A DNA stretch of 62,832 nt, counting the filler, from Basidiobolus ranarum (taxonomy: Eukaryota), in the NCBI GenBank assembly GCA_040143965.1. It is 28 parts of 28 records of this genome, joined end to end, with 100 filler letters (N's around TTAATTAATTAA, not from the genome) between each part and the next. Parts side by side here need not be neighbours in the genome. Positions count along the whole stretch, not along the records: positions 51,733 to 53,873 come from JASJQH010003724.1; positions 53,974 to 56,114 come from JASJQH010003725.1; positions 56,215 to 58,354 come from JASJQH010003726.1; positions 58,455 to 60,593 come from JASJQH010003727.1; positions 60,694 to 62,832 come from JASJQH010003728.1; 23 more parts are not named here. One strand, given 5' to 3'. The notes beneath the pieces were generated by a model. It worked only from the letters and a program-made list of their open reading frames with translations. It made no database searches and had not been told where the DNA came from. The translations under genes and the position numbers were made by a program. The stretch's first letter is position 1, and each line of letters begins with the position of its first letter. Shown one piece after another: positions 52,453 through 62,832 of the stretch.

Positions 52453-52735
52453 TGTTGAAAGTCTGGTGACTTGTGGTACAAGCAGTAATTCCCAAAAGAG
52501 GAAAATATGGAGTATGGTGACTGCATCTGAACACAAAGTCTAAGGCCAATCAGTTGCTTGTATAGCTGAAATGCCAAAGTACCTTACATTGACAGACTAG
52601 GTTAAGGTTCCCTGGCAATATAGGCATAGCATACAAGGACTGGTAGCTCAGTGGTTAGAGCACCTTGCTAGAGTGAAGGAGGTCCCAGGTTCAAATCCTG
52701 GCTAGACCAATATTTCTCCCTAAATAATTTCAATA
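52453..52735 (+). mobile_element. 283-bp solo-LTR-like insertion within LTR-A
   Basis: Termini TGTTGAAA...TTTCAATA; flanks CTTAT/CTTAG; uninterrupted LTR-A reads TTACCAACTTAGAAGTTC at 17523. Confidence 0.75.
52637..52709 (+). tRNA. tRNA-like gene or pseudogene (nominal anticodon AGA but short variable arm; identity unresolved)
   Basis: GGACTGG-TA-GCTCAGTGGTTAGAGC-A-CCTTG CTAGAGT GAAGG-AGGTC-CCAGG TTCAAAT CCTGG-CTAGACC-A; intact A and B boxes; single mismatches in acceptor and anticodon stems. Confidence 0.7.
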
Positions 52736-54941
52736 CTTAGAAGTTCTCAGATATATAGACTTTTCAAACTTGTGCTAGAAGCCCCAGGCTTAGCACACAT
52801 GTTTGAAAAGTCTGTACATCTGAGAACTTCTTTGTTGGTGTCAATATTCAAAGTAAGTTACAATTGAGAGTAATGGAGAATATCATAGTGAAATATAAGA
52901 TGACTAAGTACTAAGCTATATATGACTAATAGGTGTTTAGACAATGCTGATTTAAACAGTTAAAAGTGGTTTAGAGAGTTAGAGAAGTTAGTGGTTTTCA
53001 CTTATTGAGCTGGCATTTATAGTTTTGTAAAGATGTAAGCAAACTAATGTGTAGAATGTGTTAAGGAAGGTCCCAGGAACATGTGTGCAAAGTTTGGGGC
53101 CTCTAGCCCAAGTTTGAAAAATCCATATATCCATGAACTTCTAAGTTAGTGTCAACATTCTAAGTAAATTCCTCTTGAGAATAATGGGCAATACCTTAGT
53201 TCAATATAGGATAACTAAATGCTAAGCTATATAGGATTATATAGGTGTTTAGGCAATGCTAATTTCAACTGACACAACAATCATACAATCATTTTTCTTT
53301 TATTCTCATGAAGCTTTCAATTCTTACCGAACTTGAATGAGGAATATAGCTACTTCTAGCTGGTGCAAGGTACTTCAGTGAGAGCGAAACTGGTAGAAAG
53401 AATTTTCAAATATGAATTATTGTGGGTTTGAGAGATAGATATTAATTGACTAGAAATGTAGCGTTTACCCTTTCCCAAATAAAACCAAATTTAAATATCA
53501 AGGTAGTGCTTAGTATATGTGTGGGAGTGAAATGAGCCCCTCTACAGCCAGTTTGGATGACTTTGAAATTCCAGGTTTGACTTTGCTAACTCTTCAATAA
53601 CCCATATATCTCCAACATATATGATCTGCAGTTATCCAGCAATATTGAACTAAATAGTGTGAACCAAACAGGTAGGTATATAATGACGGAGATATTAAAC
53701 TTCAACAAAGATGTCAACGATTTGATCTCATGGTATCATATAGAGAACCTTTAAATGTCTATGGATTATCTTCAACAAGGGCATCTGATCTCAAATTTCT
53801 GCTGGAGCTGAAATACTAGTATGGTAGGGAAATGTCTCGCCATTGGCACCAACATGAAAACTTCAGACTGTGCNNNNNNNNNNNNNNNNNNNNNNNNNNN
53901 NNNNNNNNNNNNNNNNNTTAATTAATTAANNNNNNNNNNNNNNNNNNNNNNNNNNNNNNNNNNNNNNNNNNNNCTTGTTACTTGCCATAATCCACTATAT
54001 ATCCCTATACCACTTCCTATTTGATCTAATGCTATACTATTCCAGCTTAACATTAGAGTACAATGTCTAATACTATATCACCTTCAACTAAATCTGAGTT
54101 TTTGCTTAGTAATCTAGGTCCGTAGACAATATTGGAAATAGGATCTTTATCAACGGGCATTTTATAATTTGCAATGATCTTCTCTTCTCTTCTCTTCTCT
54201 CTTTCTAATCATCACCATCTCTGAATCAAACTCATAAATACTTCTAGTTCAACTCAACGCACCGTTCCATGAATCCCAAGGTCAATCGTGTTGGATATCT
54301 TGACCATCAACATTATCAATCCTCATACCAGTTGGCACATTGTCTATGGAGAATGTCGTAACTTGATGGTTAGTTACGTAAATCACACGAATTGATTGTT
54401 CAAGCGGAATTGGAAATAATAACACACCTAGATGAGCCTTCATTGTTAAGAACCAGCTTTAGTACGAAGTATTTTTAGATAGCTCTTTCAACTTGCCCGA
54501 TAAACCGGTAAACTTCCAGATATCAATCAAAAGAATATGCAAATTCTAAGTGACTTCAATCTTTCTGACTGGACCAACTGTTTATGGTATTGTACACTGG
54601 TTCAAACTCATTCTCTATTGGTGGTAGCCTTTTCCTTGTAGATGTACGCCAAATTGGCTAGTCTCGTATAGATCTTTGCTTAGCACAATTGTGTTACTGT
54701 CACACTGCTCACAAGTGCGTCCCCCAATAGAATTATAGTCATGGACCGCTATCAGGTACAACGGAAGACAAACTGGTAACATTTGACTGTTCGATTATCT
54801 CGCGTACGCTACTGATCTCAGAGGTGCAAACTAGTTCCTCGAATTAGATTACTCATTCACACCATGAAAGCTTATTCACTTTATAAGCCGTGATATTTCC
54901 TTGGCATTCTCTCAGATTTCAGAAGTTCTTAGGTCTCAACA

Positions 54942-56114
54942 ATGAAATCATTCCTGACTTTGCTCGTTATTGCACTGGCTACAAAATCCATTCAAGGAGC
55001 TCCAGTTAATGATAGACACGGAAGGCTGACCACTAGAGCTAATCCTTTGAGTAAACTCAATGAAAAATGTGGCTCCAAAAACGGCTCTTGTGAATCAGGA
55101 TTGTGCTGTAGTCAATGGGGGTACTGCGGCACCTCGTCCGATCATTGCTCTGGCGGTTGCCAGAAACAATATGGCACCTGTGGTAATGGTTTAAAGAAAC
55201 TCAATGAACAGTGCGGTTCAAAGTATGGTACTTGTGATACAGGCTTGTGTTGTAGTGAATGGGGCTATTGTGGCTACTCCTCCGATCATTGTACAGGTAA
55301 ATGTCAGAGTAAGTATGGTACTTGCGGTATAAAGACCACTACAAGCGCTAGTACTTCCAAATCTACTTCTTCTACCAAATCTTCTCCGTCTTCGTCCACC
55401 CAAATCTCTTCAACTTCGTCAACTACTGCAGCTACCAGTTCCAGCTCAACTTTTACCTCCCAGCTATCTCAGACCTCCACTATAACAACCAGCAGCTCCA
55501 GCTCTACCACTACCTCTTCATCTCAGACCTCGTCGACAACTACAGATACTAGCTCCAGCTCCACTGCTACCTCTTCAGCGCAAACTTCGTCAACTACTGC
55601 AGATACCAACTCCAGCTCCGCCACTACCTCTGCTTCATCTCAGACCTCGTCAAGTACCGCAGGTACTAACTCCAGCTCCACTGCTACCTCCTCCTCATCT
55701 CAGACCTCGTCCGCTACAACAACCTCTACTCAGCCAACCTTTACTCCATCTGTGTTGAAGTACCTCGATGAGCAGTGTGGTACTAAGCTCGGCTCCTGCG
55801 CACCTGGCTTGTGCTGCGGTCCAAGTGGCTTCTGTGGCTACACTTCAGGTCACTGCTCTACGGGCTGTCAAAAAGACTTCGGCATTTGCGACAATAAAAT
55901 AGCGGCTGAGGTAATTACTGGCTGTACTGCACCTGGAACTTTCGCGGTCACTTACGATGATGGGCCAAGTGTGCTGACTTCAGGATTGCTGGATTATCTA
56001 GATGAAGTGAACGTTAAGGCTACTTTCTTTATCAACGGAAATAACAGAAAGAATGGTGACACTGGAAACCCGATGTTGACCATCTACGAACTGGCTGATG
56101 TCGTCAGACGCGCC
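54942..56114 (+). CDS. Secreted chitin/polysaccharide deacetylase (CE4) with three hevein/CBM18 domains and a Ser/Thr linker, 3'-partial
   Basis: Signal-like MKSFLTLLVIALA; CCSQWGYCG, CCSEWGYCG, CCGPSGFCG; FAVTYDDGP..LLDYL..VKATFFING. Confidence 0.93.
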
Positions 56115-56214
56115 NNNNNNNNNNNNNNNNNNNNNNNNNNNNNNNNNNNNNNNNNNNNTTAATTAATTAANNNNNNNNNNNNNNNNNNNNNNNNNNNNNN
56201 NNNNNNNNNNNNNN

Positions 56215-56341
56215 CGTGCTTATATAGTTTTATCCTATTCCTGAGAATGGCTTATTTCTCCGATGGCTATATCAATCGTTAAACTGTATGGAGTACGTAA
56301 TATATCAAGACGGTCATTTTATCCGCGATAACACTCTTGGT
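56215..56341 (+). repeat. Left arm of an inverted repeat bracketing contig 56215-58354
   Basis: GTGCTTATATA.TTTTATC.T.TTCCTGAGAATGG...TTTTATCCGCGATAACA; reverse complement at 58214-58354. Confidence 0.88.
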
Positions 56342-56517
56342 TAATCAACTTCAATATAGTCATCATATTTAGTAATCGCTAAAGAGGGATAGATTAACAT
56401 GGTTACTACTGCATAACAGCAGATTTACCGAAGATGATTTTATTCATTAATGATTTATAACACATTCTCGTAAGTTGGTAGTGTGATTAAATTTACATTC
56501 ACTTTGCTACTCGGTAA

Positions 56518-58035
<1,518 letters not shown>

Positions 58036-58213
58036 TAGGGTGTCTTATGGAACAATTTGAAAAATTCATGAGAATCATTACTTTGTATGGATTTCACACT
58101 AAAAAGATAATCTTGATACTGTTTGATTTTGCCACGCTCATTACATAGATAGTGCCAATTGGTAGGTTATCTTGTAATGAGTAACCAGAAGTGTACCTAC
58201 CAAATTCAACCTT

Positions 58214-58354
58214 ACCAAAGAATGTTATCGCGGATAAAAGAGCTCTTGATATATCTCATACTCCATATAGTTTAACTAGCGATTAGTAACGATTTGATAT
58301 ATCCATCGGAAAAATAAACCATTCTCAGGAACAAGATAAAAGTATATAAGCACA
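58214..58354 (-). repeat. Right arm of the inverted repeat
   Basis: TGTTATCGCGGATAAAA...CCATTCTCAGGAACAAGATAAAAGTATATAAGCAC. Confidence 0.88.
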
Positions 58355-58454
58355 NNNNNNNNNNNNNNNNNNNNNNNNNNNNNNNNNNNNNNNNNNNNTT
58401 AATTAATTAANNNNNNNNNNNNNNNNNNNNNNNNNNNNNNNNNNNNNNNNNNNN

Positions 58455-59472
58455 TAAATACATCCTAGATATCCTAAAACAATTCAACAAGGAGAATAGC
58501 CATCCTGTATCAACACCAATAGATATCAATGTGATATTAATCAAAATTTCATCCAACTTGGCTAAAAATAACTCAAATCAAAGCCTGGAGTTCCCTTATC
58601 AATCCATGGTGGGTAGTTTAAATTATACAATGGTTGGAACATGTCCAGACATTGCTGCAGGAGCAGGAACTATCAGCCAATATCTCATAAATCCAGGATC
58701 TGTGCTTGAAACTGCAGTAAAATAAATATTCAGGTATTTGACAGGAGTTGTGGAACTAGCTCTGGAAAATTCTGCCATTCCTGATGCATAAATTTTTGAA
58801 GGCCACAGTGATGCCAACTGGGGAAGAAACCTTGATGATAAAAGATCAACAACTGGGTACACTTTTCTCCACGGTAATGGAGCCATAACTTTGAATGGTA
58901 CAATGCAACCAACCATTACACCTTGCACTACAGAAGCACAGTATATGGCTGCCTCTGCCACTACACAAGAAGCTATGAGGTTAAGGAAGTTATTTACAAA
59001 CTTATGATACAGGCAAAAATGTGCTATTACTGTATTTGAAGAAAATCAGAATGGTATTTCATTAGCTGAAATTCCTACTTTTCATGATAAGAGAAGTACA
59101 CAATAATTAGATTAGTAGGAATGTTGAAATTAGGTATATAGCAACTCATTATTAGTAGTTAGTTTATTCATATTCTGATTATCTAGCACTCAATTCTGTC
59201 ATTCAAAAGTGTGTGTTTACTGTTCTAATTGATTGAAATATCAACGGAATCACTTTTACCATTTTTCACTATTTTCTCAAAACTGCTCCAAATCATCTCA
59301 TATTTTCACCTATGCTTAACAGGCATGTTTATTGCAATCTAAGCACATCCTATAGCTCTATTTCATAGTAAACTATATATAGGACATATTTGATTCAATA
59401 AAACTTAAGTGTCCATTTCACAAATCCATCTCTTGACCAAAACACTTCCAAATCACTTAAGCACTTTTATCA
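58455..59472 (+). mobile_element. Decayed copia RT/RNase H and LTR-B (59122-59472)
   Basis: FPYQSMVGSLNY..CPDIA; SDANWG..KRSTTGY; TEAQYMAA; TGTTGAAATTAGG...TTTTATCA. Confidence 0.88.
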
Positions 59473-60285
59473 AGTCCCCTTTTCACAATGGCCCTAGAGG
59501 CAAGAGCCAGACTTACAAAACTATACATCAAAGAGTTATTGAGCCATGGTTATTGTACTCTCTGGGTACCAATATATAATGCAGTTATAGTAGCTGCTGA
59601 TATCCTAAAACCACTTCAAAAATGTTGCCTATCTTCCAAGTTACATTAACTTGTGTATGAACAAGTTGTCTGCCATAGTCTTGCAGAAGCTTGCATAGGA
59701 TGACACAAAAGCTTTTGCTTGGTGTAGTTTTCTGCACAAGTGCATTTAATTGAAATCTCCCAGAAAGTAAATCCAGGTCTCTCATTATCCAATCTCTAGA
59801 ATAAGTGGACTAAAGCATGAGATTCATATTGATGGAGTTTAATGCATCTGTTTATATGCCTACATAGCAGCCTGTCAGATTCTCTCCCCAACTACTCACA
59901 AAGATGTTAGACATGTCCCAAAGCAGTGGTTTAGAATAAATGACTGAACACACATAAGTAACATTTGCAAAGTGTTTCTAATACTACCAGTACACTTAGG
60001 GTAAGTATGTGCAGAGTAAACAGCTGAAAGAGCTGAATAATCATATCATAAGATGAATAGACATAACTCACTACTAGAAGGAGGCAACATCTCCAAGAAT
60101 GGCAAAAGCCCAGCACTTTGGTTTATCAGCTAAAAATAAACATCAACAGTAATGGCAGCTTAGTAGAGTCTGCAATGTTTCTCCTACTTTTGACAAAGAG
60201 TATTAGTGAATTAAGATTCCCTGAGAATGTGGCCTTAAGCTTCATATGTCTTTACATATGATTTGCTCAATTTGGGCAAATAAAC

Positions 60286-60593
60286 TGTTGAAATTAGGTA
60301 AATAGCAACTCATTATTTAGTAGTCAGTTTATTCATATTCTGATTATTTAGTACTCAATTCTGTCATTCAAAAACGTGTGTTTATTGCTCTAATTTATAG
60401 AAATACCGATTAGATCACTTTTACCAATTTTCACTATTTTCTCAAAACTTCTCCAAATCACCTCAAATTTTCACCCATGCTCAACAGGCATGTTTGTTAT
60501 GATCTACGCGTGTCAATAGTCCTATTTCATAGTAAACTATAAATAGGACATATTCAATTCAATAAAACTTAAGTGTCTAATTCACAAATCAAA
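60286..60593 (+). repeat. LTR-B, cut by contig end
   Basis: TGTTGAAATTAGGTAAATAGCAACTCATTATTTAG, very similar to 27393. Confidence 0.9.
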
Positions 60594-61127
60594 NNNNNNN
60601 NNNNNNNNNNNNNNNNNNNNNNNNNNNNNNNNNNNNNTTAATTAATTAANNNNNNNNNNNNNNNNNNNNNNNNNNNNNNNNNNNNNNNNNNNNACTTTCA
60701 CATGAAATTATGTAAAATAATGATGGTTATCGACTATCCAAGTATGGTTTAGCCTACATGTTTTAACTATTGATAAGTGATACACAGAGCTTGATATGAG
60801 GTTTAATTCCAGTACATATTCCCTTTATGAAAGAGCCATCTCATCTCCGAGAATTCCAGACAGCTAATAAGCATACACAGCTCATGACACTACGCGATTT
60901 ATGCTCAGGATTGTTGAAGGAGTGTAGAGATGTGGACATTCATCGTAAAAAGTAGAAATTGTTTTACACCAATCACATGGCTACGATTGGGCAGGATTTG
61001 TGGCAGGCAATGAACTGTCCTGCTCTCAATACTGAACTTCGACTTTATCTGTTCCCGTAGCACTTTGCTAACCACTCTTTACTACACAATATATTTCACT
61101 AGTTAATTTTGTACTACTTTGACCAAA

Positions 61128-62086
<959 letters not shown>

Positions 62087-62832
62087 AAAAAATATACGTG
62101 CTTATTTTTTGTATCTCCCCGGATTGGAATCTAACCATATAACTATGGTACTTTCTACCTGTGTCACTCATTGAGCGAGCGTTTGGAGATATCTTTTTCT
62201 TATTGACAAAGAGAAACTCAACTTGAGTGATATTGACTGGAGAAGCTCATACACCTTTTGTTGTTGATTACGTACGTATGTATGCCTAATACCCTCGCAT
62301 CACCAAAATAAAGTATAATTGAATCAATGAGCTCATATATATACATGTATATTACAAAAACAATGATTGAACACTTTGTGACTGTGACGTAGCCACGTGA
62401 TTAGTTTTGTGTATCTAAGATTTGTCAAATTCGATCACTCCATTGGCAATATTTCAAGTTGGATACGGTACAAACACAATAAGGAAATATCATCAGCCAT
62501 TAAGATTTGGCAACAATTCCATATATATTTGAATTGATGACTCTAAAGCCCTACAGTGGCCTATAATATGTATGAAGCGAGTCTTCATTTTGCCAGAGAT
62601 GCCGTCCAATATACTAAATGAAACTAAAAATAGCTATTTTGAGTAAAAATGTTAACTGCTAAACTATTTGGCTAGCCGTTCAAGGTAGGTTGGCCAGGTT
62701 ACGCTGTAATAGAGTTGTCAAAGGGTTTATACCATGAGGAGAATATGGAATCCATTCTTGAACCAACCCACTCAGTAGAAAAATCCCACATATAAAAGGT
62801 TGCTTCAAGTGTCGTGGCAACGTGGTCATATA

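Larger units (their letters stand above)
52323..53269. repeat. LTR-A cluster: plus copy (52323-about 52790, interrupted), fold-back minus copy (about 52790-52958), second minus copy (52959-53269)
   Basis: Matches 17405-17753 on both strands. Confidence 0.85.

Noticed and set aside
42762-56114. Apparent cluster of zinc-finger TF, NRPS and chitin deacetylase
   Set aside because: The genes lie on separate contigs joined by linkers; adjacency is artificial

Overview
This window is not one locus. It is 28 small unplaced contigs (about 2157 down to about 2139 bp, sorted by size) joined by an artificial 100-nt linker (N-run + TTAATTAATTAA + N-run), so adjacency across linkers has no biological meaning. 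The DNA is eukaryotic and fungal: short GT-AG introns, ERG25, Rab11, an ArfGAP, an FG-nucleoporin and a CBM18-CE4 chitin deacetylase. An intronless bacterial-style NRPS suggests an early-diverging fungus such as Basidiobolus or a Mortierellaceae species (inference only). About half the contigs are CpG-depleted, decayed repeats: Ty1/copia with at least four LTR families, Ty3/gypsy, a LINE, and an unclassified multi-copy ORF-bearing family. The most notable observations are: (1) a LINE with no poly(A) tail whose 3' end is ...CATCCCCC(C)T, with a 5'-truncated RT fused directly to (CCCTAA)3, a telomere-targeting signature; (2) an unclassified repeat family with recurrent CCCTAACA(G/A)AAAT-like termini and no recognisable transposase; (3) a 283-bp solo-LTR-like insert carrying a tRNA-like gene; (4) a multi-intron ArfGAP gene enclosed by about 130-bp inverted repeats; (5) a tRNA with an elongator-Met-like body but a CGT (Thr) anticodon; (6) an NRPS module with a dual E/C domain. 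All calls are by-eye motif recognition; no database searches were run.
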